Origin: Spirochaetota bacterium
GTDB taxonomy: Bacteria; Spirochaetota; UBA6919; CBDBPB01
Direction: 5' to 3'
DNA length: 64,000 bases
NCBI GenBank assembly: GCA_965208615.1
Contig: CBDBPB010000001.1
Span: 320,001 to 384,000, forward strand
The position numbers and the translations under genes are program-made. This document shows, in pieces, positions 38,448 through 49,256 of this stretch. The notes under the pieces are model-generated. The model was not told where the DNA came from, ran no database searches, and saw nothing but the letters and a program-made list of their open reading frames with translations. Numbering within the stretch: the first letter of the stretch is position 1; each line of letters begins with the position of its first letter.

Positions 38448-40391
38448 ATGGCATATGATCCAAATATGAATTCAGACAAATACAAAGACGTAAAAATTGA
38501 AGAGCACGATACTGACATACTACTTATTGGTGGTGGTATGGCTTGTTGTGGTGCTGCTTTTGAGGCTAAGCGATGGGCAGATAAGGTCGGTGGGGATATT
38601 AAAATAACTCTCGTTGATAAAGCCGCTATGGATAGAAGTGGAGCCGTTGCTCAAGGACTATCTGCTATAAACACATTCTTAGGGGATAACTCTCCTGAAG
38701 ACTACGCCAGAATGGTAGCAAACGACCTTATGGGTATTACAAGGGATGACCTTTGTTATGACGTTGGACGCCATGTTGATGGTACTGTTCACATGTTTGA
38801 AGACTGGGGATTGCCTTTCTATAAAAAAGAAGGGGATGAAGGTAAAAAAATGAGTGAGGGTGCTAAACCTGTTCGATCTGGTAAGTGGCAGGTTATGATC
38901 CACGGTGAGTCTTATAAGGTTATTGTTGCTGAGGCCGCTAAAGCCGCTCTTGGAATGGAGAACATACACGAAAGAGTTTTTATTGTTAAGCTTTTACTCG
39001 ATAACAATGAGCCTAATAGAATTGCTGGTGCTGTTGGTTTTAGCGTTAGAGAGCATAAAATATATGTATTTAGGTGTAAGGCTGCGTTAATTGCATGTGG
39101 TGGAGCTGTTAATGTATTTAGACCAAGGTCTACTGGCGAGGGTATGGGACGTGCATGGTATGCTGTATGGAATGCTGGTTCTACATATACTATGTCGGCT
39201 ATGATTGGTGCTGAAATGACCATGATGGAAAATAGATTCGTACCTGCAAGATTTAAAGACGGATATGGTCCTGTTGGTGCATGGTTTCTTTTATTCAAGT
39301 CTAAGGCTACTAACGCATTAGGCGAAGTTTATATGGATACCAATAAAGAAATGTTAAAAGACTATCCTCCTTATGGACTGGCTCCTGTTCCTGCAAGCTG
39401 TCTTAGAAATCACCTTATGATGAAGGAGATGAATGAAGGACGGGGTCCAATATGGATGGATACTCCTACTGCTATGGCTGAACTTGCTAAGACCATGGAT
39501 AAAAAACAAATTAAGCATCTTGAGGCTGAGGCATGGGAAGACTTTCTTGATATGACCATTGGTCAAGCTGGATTATGGGCTTGTATGAACATTGCTCCTG
39601 AGAAAAATCCATCTGAGTTAATGCCTACTGAACCTTATCTTTTGGGTTCTCATTCTGGTTGTTCTGGACTATGGGTTTGTGGGCCTGAAGATGTTGCTCC
39701 AAAAGAATGGACATGGGACTACAAAGGCATTATATATAATAGAATGACCACTGTTAACGGACTTTTTACTGCTGGTGATGGCGTTGGTGCTTCTGGACAT
39801 AAGTTCTCATCTGGTTCTTTTACTGAAGGACGTATTGCCGGTAAACAATTAATTAGGTTTGTAAAAAATAACTCTGACTTTAAACCAACTCTTAAGGATA
39901 ATGCCCAAGAGCTTGCTAACCAGATATATCTTCCATTCAAGAATTATGAAGATAGTAAAGGCCTTACCTCTGATCCCGACATTAACCCTAACTACATTAA
40001 GCCAAAGATGTATCAAATGAGGCTTATGAAGATTATGGATGAATATGTTGCTGGTACTGGTACTATGTATATCACATCCAAGACCATGTTAGAAAGAGGA
40101 TTAGAGCTTCTTGATATGCTTAAAGAGGATGGACTTAAATTAGCCGCATCTGACTTACATGAGCTTATGAGAGCATGGGAAAACTATCACCGCCTTTGGA
40201 CTGCTGAAGCTCACTTAAGACATATCCTATTTAGACAAGAAACAAGATATCCTGGATTCTATTACAGAAAAGACTTCCCTAAGGTAGATGAAGACAACTG
40301 GAAGGCTTTTGTTAACTCTAAGTATGATCCAGCCACTGAAAAGTGGGAAATGAAAAAAGTTCCTCATATTGATGTGATCCCTAAAAATTAA
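38448..40391 (+). CDS. aprA: Adenylylsulfate reductase alpha subunit
   Basis: RSGAVAQGLSAIN, GKWQVMIHGESYK, RFKDGYGPVGAW, GHKFSSGS. Confidence 0.98.
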   Translation: MAYDPNMNSDKYKDVKIEEHDTDILLIGGGMACCGAAFEAKRWADKVGGDIKITLVDKAAMDRSGAVAQGLSAINTFLGDNSPEDYARMVANDLMGITRDDLCYDVGRHVDGTVHMFEDWGLPFYKKEGDEGKKMSEGAKPVRSGKWQVMIHGESYKVIVAEAAKAALGMENIHERVFIVKLLLDNNEPNRIAGAVGFSVREHKIYVFRCKAALIACGGAVNVFRPRSTGEGMGRAWYAVWNAGSTYTMSAMIGAEMTMMENRFVPARFKDGYGPVGAWFLLFKSKATNALGEVYMDTNKEMLKDYPPYGLAPVPASCLRNHLMMKEMNEGRGPIWMDTPTAMAELAKTMDKKQIKHLEAEAWEDFLDMTIGQAGLWACMNIAPEKNPSELMPTEPYLLGSHSGCSGLWVCGPEDVAPKEWTWDYKGIIYNRMTTVNGLFTAGDGVGASGHKFSSGSFTEGRIAGKQLIRFVKNNSDFKPTLKDNAQELANQIYLPFKNYEDSKGLTSDPDINPNYIKPKMYQMRLMKIMDEYVAGTGTMYITSKTMLERGLELLDMLKEDGLKLAASDLHELMRAWENYHRLWTAEAHLRHILFRQETRYPGFYYRKDFPKVDEDNWKAFVNSKYDPATEKWEMKKVPHIDVIPKN

Positions 40392-40417
40392 GGATTAAAC
40401 ATAAACCATTATCTATT

Positions 40418-40442
40418 GCCCCTGTTTATACAGGGGCTTTTT
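40418..40442 (+). terminator. Intrinsic terminator of aprBA
   Basis: GCCCCTGT-TTAT-ACAGGGGC-TTTTT. Confidence 0.85.
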
Positions 40443-40571
40443 TATTTATTAGTTTATCTTATTAGTCAAAAACAAAAAGTTATATTCTTAATAAAAAAAA
40501 CTGATCCAAACTATTATGTGTTCATATTAAAAATAGACTATATATTAAAAATTAACTATAAAGGAATAATT

Positions 40572-42017
40572 ATGGACCACGTAAGACGAACTAAAATAAT
40601 AGCTACTATTGGCCCCGTGTCAAACAATAAAGAAACCTTAACTAAACTAATCAATGAAGGTGCTAATTACTTTCGTCTTAACTTCTCACACAGCAATAAA
40701 GATGAACATCTAAAAAGTATCAAACTTATAAGGACTTTAGAAAAAGAAAAGTCTAAACCCATTGGAATATTAGGTGATCTACAAGGTCCTAAAATTAGAG
40801 TTGGAAAGATCGAAAACGGATATATTAACCTAAAAGAAAAAGATAATATCATAATCACCACCCGTCAGATTATGGGCAATCAAAATGAAATTAGCACTTG
40901 TTATCATAATCTCCCTTTGGATGTTAAAAGTGGTAATAAACTACTACTGGATGATGGTCTTATAAGTCTTTTGGTAAAGTCTGTGGATATAAAACAAGGT
41001 AATATTTATTGCGAGGTAATATATGGTGGTAAGCTTAAGTCTAATAAGGGAATTAATCTCCCAGATATTGATATTTCTGCTCCCTCTCTAACTAATCACG
41101 ATATCGAAAGCGTTATATTTGCCCTTGAGCATAATGTTGATTATATTGCCCTATCCTTTGTAAGACACCCAAAAGACATACTGCAACTTAAAAAGCTAAT
41201 TAAGGACTACGGTAAACAAACCCCTGTAATAGCCAAAATAGAAAGAAAAGAAGCCCTTGAACAAATCGACAATATTATAGACATAACAGACGGCCTTATG
41301 GTTGCAAGAGGTGATCTTGGTGTAGAGATGGGTATACAAAAAGTCCCACTACTCCAAAAAGAAATTATTAGAAAATGTAATATATTGGGTAAGCCTGTTA
41401 TCACTGCTACTCAAATGTTGGAGTCTATGATAAATAACCCTAAACCAACTAGAGCAGAAGTATCCGACGTTGCTAATGCCATATTAGACGGTACAGATAC
41501 AGTTATGTTATCAGGTGAGACAGCTGTAGGGAACTATCCTGAAAAAGCAGTAAGGGAAATGGCCTTAATTAGTACTGAAATAGAACTAACATCACAAATC
41601 TTATATAATAGACGCCATGGAATGGATAAATATGTCGATAACGATATTGAAGAATCTATTAGCCAATCCACATGCGATATTGCTAATAGTCTAAAGGCCA
41701 AAACCATATTAGCATGGACTCAAAACGGTGAAGCAATACGATTATTAAGTAAATATCACCCAGTATGCCCCATAATAAGCCTAACAGATGATAATATTAT
41801 AAGCAGACAAGTACAACTATCATGGGGAGTTATATCTTTAGTAATACCCTCTAACCTCTATGATAAAAAAAACTTTAACTCATTACTTGACTATCTAGTT
41901 GATAAAAAGCTTTTATGTCCATCTGATCTAACCGTCATCACCGGAATAGAAGATAAAAATAGCAATATTAAAAAAATAAAGGATAAGATTAACTCCCTAA
42001 AAGTACAAAGAGTATAA
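40572..42017 (+). CDS. pyk: Pyruvate kinase (start corrected to ATG at 40572)
   Basis: RRTKIIATIGP, DLQGPKIR, MVARGDLGVE, ATQMLESM; AAGGA SD. Confidence 0.97.
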   Translation: MDHVRRTKIIATIGPVSNNKETLTKLINEGANYFRLNFSHSNKDEHLKSIKLIRTLEKEKSKPIGILGDLQGPKIRVGKIENGYINLKEKDNIIITTRQIMGNQNEISTCYHNLPLDVKSGNKLLLDDGLISLLVKSVDIKQGNIYCEVIYGGKLKSNKGINLPDIDISAPSLTNHDIESVIFALEHNVDYIALSFVRHPKDILQLKKLIKDYGKQTPVIAKIERKEALEQIDNIIDITDGLMVARGDLGVEMGIQKVPLLQKEIIRKCNILGKPVITATQMLESMINNPKPTRAEVSDVANAILDGTDTVMLSGETAVGNYPEKAVREMALISTEIELTSQILYNRRHGMDKYVDNDIEESISQSTCDIANSLKAKTILAWTQNGEAIRLLSKYHPVCPIISLTDDNIISRQVQLSWGVISLVIPSNLYDKKNFNSLLDYLVDKKLLCPSDLTVITGIEDKNSNIKKIKDKINSLKVQRV

Positions 42018-43379
42018 CTATATAGCCATAACCTTAATGTCACGCCCCTTTAGCCATAACTCAGCACCCTCTAATAGCTGATTATACTCATTCTCATAAC
42101 TGCCATCCAATACCTTATCCAAAAGAAAATTAAGAATATCACCAATAATAGGACCAGAGGATAAATCAAAAGCATCCATAATATCATTACCATTAATATC
42201 CAAGTCTCTTACAGAAAAACGACTATCCTCCTCTAAGATATAGTTAATACGCCTTTCAAGGTTTTGGATAGACCTTGATTCCCTATTCTTAGTTTTACCA
42301 TTACCAAGCCTATCAGCCTCTCGTAACTTCAAAAGAAAAGATAAGTCATTCCCAACCTTCTTTATAAAACGTCTAACTGCCCTGTCAGTCCACTGACCGG
42401 TATAGTGGAACATATGCTGGCTAACAAGCTTGGATACCCTCTTAACAGTATTATTAGAAAATCCATACCTCTTAAGAATACCATGACATATTCTAGCCCC
42501 AATATTCTCATGATCATAAAAGGTATTTTGTATGTTATCCTGTGTACCCTTAACCTCTTTTCTCACCCTCGGCTTGCCAATATCATGAAAAAGAGCCGCT
42601 AATCTAATAATAGGCTCATCCACATTAGACGAATCGCAAGAGGATAAACCATGATAATAAACATCATACTTGTGATACTCATTTTGATGAATATTATATC
42701 CCTCAAGTAACTCAGCAAACAAATATGATAAAATGTTATACTCCCTCAAAAGCTCAATAGCCTTACTAGGCTTAGTTAATTCTAATAACTTAATTATCTC
42801 TGTTTTCCATAACGGCTTATCTAAATAGTCAATATTAAGCTTTTTCTTGTTCAATAACATTAAAATAGAACTATCCAAGTTATACTTAATAATATATCTA
42901 ACTGCCCTAATAAGACATATAACATTATTAGTTAAATCAAATCCACTAAGCTTTCCCTTATCAAAACAGCCCTTAACTAACTCATAATTATATAACTTAT
43001 TAAAGTCCCATACAATATTGTCCAAAGGCAAAGATAAACTATTACAATACTTAATAACATCAGACGTAAAATGAATGTCAATATAGTATTTATCCTCTAA
43101 ATCACTTTTAAGAAAGTCATCTTTTATTAAATGAAACTTGCTATCACAATAGTAAAAAGAAAGATCATTAAGCCTACACCCCGAAAGCGATATGTTTAAC
43201 TTATTAAGTAAACTATCCCTCGACGCAGAAGTTACTAACTGATAGTGATAAGGCTTATTATCCGTAAATAAAATATCACATATAGTCTCCCCGTAAACAG
43301 CAAGACTATCACCTAACTGTGTTATTATATCATGTAAAATATTAATCGACTGAGGTAAACTCTTATTTATTTTTTCCAT
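42018..43379 (-). CDS. CCA-adding/poly(A) polymerase-like HD-domain protein with a degenerate nucleotidyltransferase head
   Basis: QNEYHKYDVYYH, LAALFHDIGKP, FYDHENIGA, LDINGNDIM...GPIIG; N-terminal DxD absent. Confidence 0.8.
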   Translation of the reverse strand: MEKINKSLPQSINILHDIITQLGDSLAVYGETICDILFTDNKPYHYQLVTSASRDSLLNKLNISLSGCRLNDLSFYYCDSKFHLIKDDFLKSDLEDKYYIDIHFTSDVIKYCNSLSLPLDNIVWDFNKLYNYELVKGCFDKGKLSGFDLTNNVICLIRAVRYIIKYNLDSSILMLLNKKKLNIDYLDKPLWKTEIIKLLELTKPSKAIELLREYNILSYLFAELLEGYNIHQNEYHKYDVYYHGLSSCDSSNVDEPIIRLAALFHDIGKPRVRKEVKGTQDNIQNTFYDHENIGARICHGILKRYGFSNNTVKRVSKLVSQHMFHYTGQWTDRAVRRFIKKVGNDLSFLLKLREADRLGNGKTKNRESRSIQNLERRINYILEEDSRFSVRDLDINGNDIMDAFDLSSGPIIGDILNFLLDKVLDGSYENEYNQLLEGAELWLKGRDIKVMAI

Positions 43380-43479
43380 AGTAATTAGTAGTATATAAGT
43401 GAGTAAAGTTTATTCTAATAGTTTAAGAAGGAATATAATAAAAAATATACTAATTGATAACATCCACATTATACATAAT

Positions 43480-44079
43480 TTAATCACAAACCCTATAAAG
43501 CCCCTTACTATTAATATAATCCTCAACTTTATAGGGTACAAGATATTTAATAGAATAGCCCTCTAATAACCTCTGCCTTATTAAGCTCGAGGATACGTTA
43601 AATCCAGTAGAGTTAAACGGTATAATATATGAAAAATCTTTTTTATAGCTTTCTGCTTTAAAGCTAGTCCTGCTAATAACCACTAAGTTCACCTTTTCTA
43701 TTAACTCTTTATAGCTCATCCAAGTAGTTATGTCCTTAATTAAGTCAGCACCAATAAGTAAGTATATTTTATCCTCAATAACTAGTGAACTATAAAATGA
43801 TTTCACCGTATCAATAGTATATGATATACCCCCCCTTTTAATCTCTATGTCAGACACATAAAAATAAGGATTAAACTCAATAGCCAACTCAATCAGCCTT
43901 AAACGATCACTATCACTAATCAATGGCTTATAACCCTTATGAGGAGGTATGCTAACCGGTATGAAATATACCCTGTCAAGATTAAAAGTTAGCCTAACCT
44001 CCTCTGCCATTAGTAAATGACCATTGTGAATCGGATTAAATGTACCACCAAGTATACCTATTTTCATAACATATACCAA
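43480..44079 (-). CDS. nadD: Nicotinate-nucleotide adenylyltransferase
   Basis: GGTFNPIHNGH, SYTIDT, IGAD, VSSSLIR. Confidence 0.96.
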   Translation of the reverse strand: MVYVMKIGILGGTFNPIHNGHLLMAEEVRLTFNLDRVYFIPVSIPPHKGYKPLISDSDRLRLIELAIEFNPYFYVSDIEIKRGGISYTIDTVKSFYSSLVIEDKIYLLIGADLIKDITTWMSYKELIEKVNLVVISRTSFKAESYKKDFSYIIPFNSTGFNVSSSLIRQRLLEGYSIKYLVPYKVEDYINSKGLYRVCD

Positions 44080-44133
44080 TTACCATTATAACCCTAATAT
44101 AAACTCCAATACTAAGTTGTAAAACTTAATATA

Positions 44134-45672
44134 CTAAATCTTTTTCCATATAGCTGGTGCAAATAAAATAATAACACTATATAACTCCAGCCTACCAAGG
44201 AGCATACAAAAAGTAAGAACCCATTTACCAAGTACAGATATGTCGGCAAAATTACCATTAGGACCAATAGAGCCTAAACCTGGACCAATATTATTAAGAG
44301 TAGCTACCACAGCTGAAAAGCTAACTATTAAATCATCCTCTAACAAATTCATAATAAGGATAGCTGAACCAAGAACTAAAGTATGAATTATTATAAAACC
44401 TAAAGTAGACAAAAGTATGTTATCAGGAATAACTTCCTTTCCTATTCTAACCAACTTAATATGACGCGGATATAAAAATTTTAAAATCTCGTTATAGGTA
44501 AACTTCATTATCAAATATACCCTTATAGACTTAATACCTCCTCCAGTGGATCCAGCTGATCCTCCGTTAAACATAAGCATAATAAATAAAAATTGACAAA
44601 AAGTAGACCAAGCAGCAAAATGATAAATACTACCCTCACCAATACCCAGACCATATCCAGTAGTAGTAATTACAGATACCACCTGGAATAAAACATAACG
44701 TAATGCCTTATTAATAGAGCCGTCAAACTGGCTATCCAAAGTGTTAATTACAATAATTAGCGTAGCTAACAAAATTATAACAACATAAAAACGAAATTCA
44801 TGATCCTTAATATGAGCCTTTCGTTGTCCCTTAAGAAATCGATAATGCAATGAAAAGCTTGCACCAGCCAAAAACATAAATATAGTAATAACATAATCAA
44901 TATATACCGAGTTATAATGACCTATGCTCAAATTCTTAGTAGAAAACCCTCCAGTAGCTACAGTCCCAAATGTATGACAAAGAGCATCAAATAAGTCCAT
45001 TCCTCCAAACATCAAAAGAATGGTTTCTAAAACAGTAAGTAAAAGATAAACTCCCCATAAAATCTTTGCAGTTTGACTAACCCTTGGAGCAATCTTATCA
45101 GATGTAGGTCCAGGTACCTCAGCCTGATATAACTGCATACCCCCAACACCAAGAGCAGGTAAAATAGCAATAGCTAATAAGATAATCCCCATACCCCCTA
45201 GCCAATGTGTTAAACTCCGCCAAAATAAAAGTCCCTTTGGTAATGCCTCAATATCAGTCAAAATAGATGATCCAGTAGTGGTAAAACCACTCATCATCTC
45301 AAAATATGCATCAGTAAAGTTATCAATAGTTCCAACATTCCAGTTATCATTATGAGAGTTAATTGCACCAATATTAATTATACCTACATCTATACTGTGA
45401 ATAAGAAAAGGTAAAGTCGCAAATAATGCAGCAATCAACCATCCAAAAGTAACAATACCAAAGCTTTCTCTAATCTTAACTTCAGCTTTTCTAGCCTTCC
45501 TCATAAGCAGGTTTAATATGGCACCTACAAAAAGAGTTAGCACTATAGAATAAATAAATGCCCTAATATCACTACCATCATAGTAAATAGCAAAAAATAA
45601 CGGTATAAACTCAAACAAAGCAATAAACATTATAAGATAACTCTGTAGGTATAAAACAACAGATAACTTCAT
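44134..45672 (-). CDS. trkH: Trk potassium uptake membrane subunit
   Basis: SGFTTTG, WLGGMGI, ATGGFS, GSTGGGIK, NNIGPG, MLLGRLE. Confidence 0.95.
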   Translation of the reverse strand: MKLSVVLYLQSYLIMFIALFEFIPLFFAIYYDGSDIRAFIYSIVLTLFVGAILNLLMRKARKAEVKIRESFGIVTFGWLIAALFATLPFLIHSIDVGIINIGAINSHNDNWNVGTIDNFTDAYFEMMSGFTTTGSSILTDIEALPKGLLFWRSLTHWLGGMGIILLAIAILPALGVGGMQLYQAEVPGPTSDKIAPRVSQTAKILWGVYLLLTVLETILLMFGGMDLFDALCHTFGTVATGGFSTKNLSIGHYNSVYIDYVITIFMFLAGASFSLHYRFLKGQRKAHIKDHEFRFYVVIILLATLIIVINTLDSQFDGSINKALRYVLFQVVSVITTTGYGLGIGEGSIYHFAAWSTFCQFLFIMLMFNGGSAGSTGGGIKSIRVYLIMKFTYNEILKFLYPRHIKLVRIGKEVIPDNILLSTLGFIIIHTLVLGSAILIMNLLEDDLIVSFSAVVATLNNIGPGLGSIGPNGNFADISVLGKWVLTFCMLLGRLELYSVIILFAPAIWKKI

Positions 45673-45673
45673 A

Positions 45674-47014
45674 TTATATAAATAAATCCCCTATATCAGT
45701 GGTTAAGTTAGGAGCTGTAAATACTATAACTTTATCATCAACATCAAAAAAGTCATCCCCTCTCGGAATTATAACCTTATGACCACTAATTATAGCCGCA
45801 ATCAAGCATCCATTAGGAAACTCTAATTCCTTAATCGGAGTTTTAATAAGTTTATTGTCCTTTGTTATTAAGTATTCTATTGCCTCAGCATCTTTTTCAC
45901 CCAATGTATCAACAGATAATATATTCCCTCCTCTAACATATCTCAATATCTCTCCCACAGTGGATATCTTAGGGTTAATTACAGCATCTATGCCTATTAC
46001 CGAGGTGAAGTCTAAATACTCCTTTTTTTGTATTTTTGCGATAGTCTTTTTTACCTTTTGCTTTTTGGCAATCATACAGGATAATATATTATCCTCTTCA
46101 TCGTTTGAAAGAGCAATAAAAACATCAACATTGCTTATTCCCTCATCCTGAAGAGCCCCAAGATCAGTCGGATTACAATTAACGACCTCAATATTATGAT
46201 AGTCTTCTGCAAAAGCTAAGCATTCCTTTCTATCAGGCTCAATAACCTTAACCCTTATTCCCATATTCTCTAGGCTAGTACACAAAAATCGGCTTATCTT
46301 AGTAACTCCAACTACAAAAACATAATTAAAAACCTCTTCTGATTCCGAAAAGTATGGATCAACATTCTCAAAATCCTTACTCTTGCCTATAACATATACC
46401 TTGTCATTAGGTAAAAGATAATCATTTCCTGTAGGGATAATCATATCAAACTCCCTAATAATAGCAAGAAATAATATTTTTTCAAGTTCTTTAAATTTAA
46501 TAAGATCCTTAAGCTGGAATCCAGCAATTTCTAAGCTTTCACTAATTTTGTATCCATTTATGATAAGCTCTTCTTCAGAAAAGTTAACAGTCTCGAATGC
46601 GGCAGGAGTCTCAATTAATTTAACAATATCATCAGTAGCCACTTCTTCTGGATTAATTAAAACATCAATTCCCAATTCTTCTTTTGTTATAAAGCCATTG
46701 CTCTGAAATATATAACTTCTTATTCTAGCTATTTTTAAAGGAACATTAAACTTTCTGGCAATAAAACAAGCTATCATATTAGTTTCATCAACATCAGTAA
46801 CAGCAATAAGAATATTACAACTACGTAATCCAGCCTTATTAAGACTATTATAATCCCCACCATGACCAACCACAGTCAAAACGTCTAAAGACTTATTAAT
46901 ATCCAATATTTTATCAGGATCCTGATCAACAATTACCACATCATGCTTTTCTGCAACAAGACGCTCAGCAATCTGAAAACCAACTTCTCCTGCACCAACA
47001 ATAATTATATTCAT
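45674..47014 (-). CDS. trkA: Trk potassium uptake NAD-binding subunit
   Basis: IIIVGAGEVG; two RCK repeats. Confidence 0.95.
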   Translation of the reverse strand: MNIIIVGAGEVGFQIAERLVAEKHDVVIVDQDPDKILDINKSLDVLTVVGHGGDYNSLNKAGLRSCNILIAVTDVDETNMIACFIARKFNVPLKIARIRSYIFQSNGFITKEELGIDVLINPEEVATDDIVKLIETPAAFETVNFSEEELIINGYKISESLEIAGFQLKDLIKFKELEKILFLAIIREFDMIIPTGNDYLLPNDKVYVIGKSKDFENVDPYFSESEEVFNYVFVVGVTKISRFLCTSLENMGIRVKVIEPDRKECLAFAEDYHNIEVVNCNPTDLGALQDEGISNVDVFIALSNDEEDNILSCMIAKKQKVKKTIAKIQKKEYLDFTSVIGIDAVINPKISTVGEILRYVRGGNILSVDTLGEKDAEAIEYLITKDNKLIKTPIKELEFPNGCLIAAIISGHKVIIPRGDDFFDVDDKVIVFTAPNLTTDIGDLFI

Positions 47015-47185
47015 AATTTTTCCAATATTTTACTAAGCATATTAAGCAGTTACTATAACAAAATTAAGATAATTAAAATCTATTAATAAAGATATACAAA
47101 ATTATTAATAGTAGAATTTAAGTATCAAAAAAAAAAATCCGATTTTCCCTTTAAAGCAGTACTACAGTAAAATAAGGAGAGCTTT

Positions 47186-47371
47186 ATGACTGATAACGAA
47201 AAAATAATAATTAATAAAAACCTGGCCAAAATTGCTAATATTTTCAACTTAAAAGTTAAGTTAACAATAAACAATGCACATAAAGTCATAGAGGATAATT
47301 ATAAAAAAATGAAAGAAATTGACCAAAGAATTGAAACACGACTTTCTTCACTAACTAAACTTGCGGCCTAA
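47186..47371 (+). CDS. Small hypothetical protein
   Basis: Strong AAGGAG SD; 61 aa helical. Confidence 0.55.
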   Translation: MTDNEKIIINKNLAKIANIFNLKVKLTINNAHKVIEDNYKKMKEIDQRIETRLSSLTKLAA

Positions 47372-47534
47372 AGTTATATAATATATAAACGATCTATTTA
47401 AGACCTTTGTAAATTATATTTTTTTAATATTATTAGAAGATTTATATTAGGTGTTAGTTAATAAATAATATTCTTTAACTTTAGGATATAAATTATATTA
47501 TAAAGAAACACTTTTTTAGTCGATATTATATGAT

Positions 47535-48164
47535 ATGGGAGTTACTAGAGTAAAGATTTGTGGCATAACTAACGTTGAGGATGCCTTACTTTCTATTTCT
47601 CTTGGGGCTGATGCCCTTGGATTTATTTTTTGTGATAGTCCAAGACAAATAACTATTAAAAATGCCGAAACCATTATAAAAAAGCTACCTCCGTTTGTTA
47701 GCAAGGTAGCCGTAGTTAAAGACTTCTCAGAAGGCGAAATTTGGGCATTACTTTCCCATTTACCAATTGATACTATTCAGTTTCATGGATCAGAGTCAGA
47801 AGAGTATTGTCTTGAGTTTCTCCCTCATACTATAATAAAAACTATTTCTATTAAATCCGAAAAAGATATTAATAAGCTTAAAGTTTATCCATCCCAGTTT
47901 AACTTTCTATTGGATACATATTCAGAAATAGGTGGTGGAAGCGGTAAAACATTTAATTGGGATATAGCACTAAAAGCTAAGCAATATGGCAATATTATAA
48001 TAGCTGGTGGATTAAATCCAAATAATATAAACTCTGCCATAAACCTTGTTAATCCTTATGGTATAGATATATCCTCAGGTTTAGAGAAGTCACCAGGTAA
48101 AAAAGATCACGATAAAATGAAATACTTTTTTGAAGTAATAAAAAAACGGAGTATAGTTCAATGA
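47535..48164 (+). CDS. trpF: Phosphoribosylanthranilate isomerase
   Basis: VKICGIT, QFHGSE, GGSGKTFNW, AGGLNP, DISSGLE..PGKKD. Confidence 0.96.
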   Translation: MGVTRVKICGITNVEDALLSISLGADALGFIFCDSPRQITIKNAETIIKKLPPFVSKVAVVKDFSEGEIWALLSHLPIDTIQFHGSESEEYCLEFLPHTIIKTISIKSEKDINKLKVYPSQFNFLLDTYSEIGGGSGKTFNWDIALKAKQYGNIIIAGGLNPNNINSAINLVNPYGIDISSGLEKSPGKKDHDKMKYFFEVIKKRSIVQ

Positions 48165-49252
48165 AAAAAATATTATTAGTCGTTTTAATCCTCTCTGTTA
48201 CAAGTATATTTGCACAAAGTTACTATTTCAACTTTTCTAGTAAATCTAAGGTTCAGGAGTTCACATCTGATTCAAAATATCCCATAGGATACATAAACTG
48301 GACTAAGGGATATTTCTTAGCCAGAGCTAAAGAAAAGCTTAATAATAGCTTATCCCCTAGTGATAAACTAAAGATAGAACAAAAATTAACCCATATTGCA
48401 AAGATTCGCCTTTTTAACATTATTCTTTCTACCAAAGTGGATAGCTATAACTATATAAAGGATCTTTTTAGAAAAGAAAAAAGATTTAAATTATCCTTTC
48501 TAGAAGAACTAAAAACTAATATTATTGTTTTATCTCCTATTTACAAATTCGATGAAGTTGAAGTTGTAGTAAAATATCCCCTTTATGGTAAAGGCTCTAT
48601 AACAGACCTTCTTTTTAAAATAGATGACTATGAAATGCCTTTTCCTAAACCCAATAAAAACTATATAGAAGAACCTCAAGAATATTCATCTTTGATAGTA
48701 GACCTTAGAAAAAGTTTTAAAATGCAAATAAAGGTGTCTGAGTGGTTAGGTCAGCTACCAACCAATATTAACTTTCCACGATATCTTAAAAATAAAATAA
48801 GGTATAACGAAGAAGATAAGCTACTATCCTTCAAAGGGACTATGGCATTAGAAGAAAAAAAAGACCTTCTTGAGCTGTCCTATAATGAGGATTATCAAGA
48901 TAGCATTAACGAACTTTATAAAAAGTCCCAAAGTAGTAATAAAATATATAAGCATTCTCCTTCAATATTCCCAAAGATTTATGACAGCCATGGCAAATTA
49001 ATTTATTCCAAAAACATGATAAAGCTATCTGACCGCATTAATACAAAATATGTAAGGTATACCAAAGATACTACTCTTCCCTATAAAGTAGAGATAGTAG
49101 GGAATAATCCTTTATATGTATTACCAGACAAGTTAAAAGGAGAAAATAATACAGACTTCATAATTAATAAAGAGGATTCAAGAAAGCTTCTAGTCAACTC
49201 TAGAACAATTTATAACCTGAAGAAAGGAAAGATATTCTTACTTGTTGATTAA
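48161..49252 (+). CDS. Exported hypothetical protein (LPP20-like family, inferred)
   Basis: Signal peptide; INWTKG, YSSLIVD, PSIFPKIYDSHG, VGNNPL. Confidence 0.6.
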   Translation: MKKILLVVLILSVTSIFAQSYYFNFSSKSKVQEFTSDSKYPIGYINWTKGYFLARAKEKLNNSLSPSDKLKIEQKLTHIAKIRLFNIILSTKVDSYNYIKDLFRKEKRFKLSFLEELKTNIIVLSPIYKFDEVEVVVKYPLYGKGSITDLLFKIDDYEMPFPKPNKNYIEEPQEYSSLIVDLRKSFKMQIKVSEWLGQLPTNINFPRYLKNKIRYNEEDKLLSFKGTMALEEKKDLLELSYNEDYQDSINELYKKSQSSNKIYKHSPSIFPKIYDSHGKLIYSKNMIKLSDRINTKYVRYTKDTTLPYKVEIVGNNPLYVLPDKLKGENNTDFIINKEDSRKLLVNSRTIYNLKKGKIFLLVD

Positions 49253-49256
49253 TATA

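Noticed and set aside
40416-40571. N-terminal extensions of pyk (also ndk, nfnA, nfnB) in the ORF track
   Set aside because: The pyk extension overlaps the aprA terminator; family homology starts downstream in all four, usually with a better SD.
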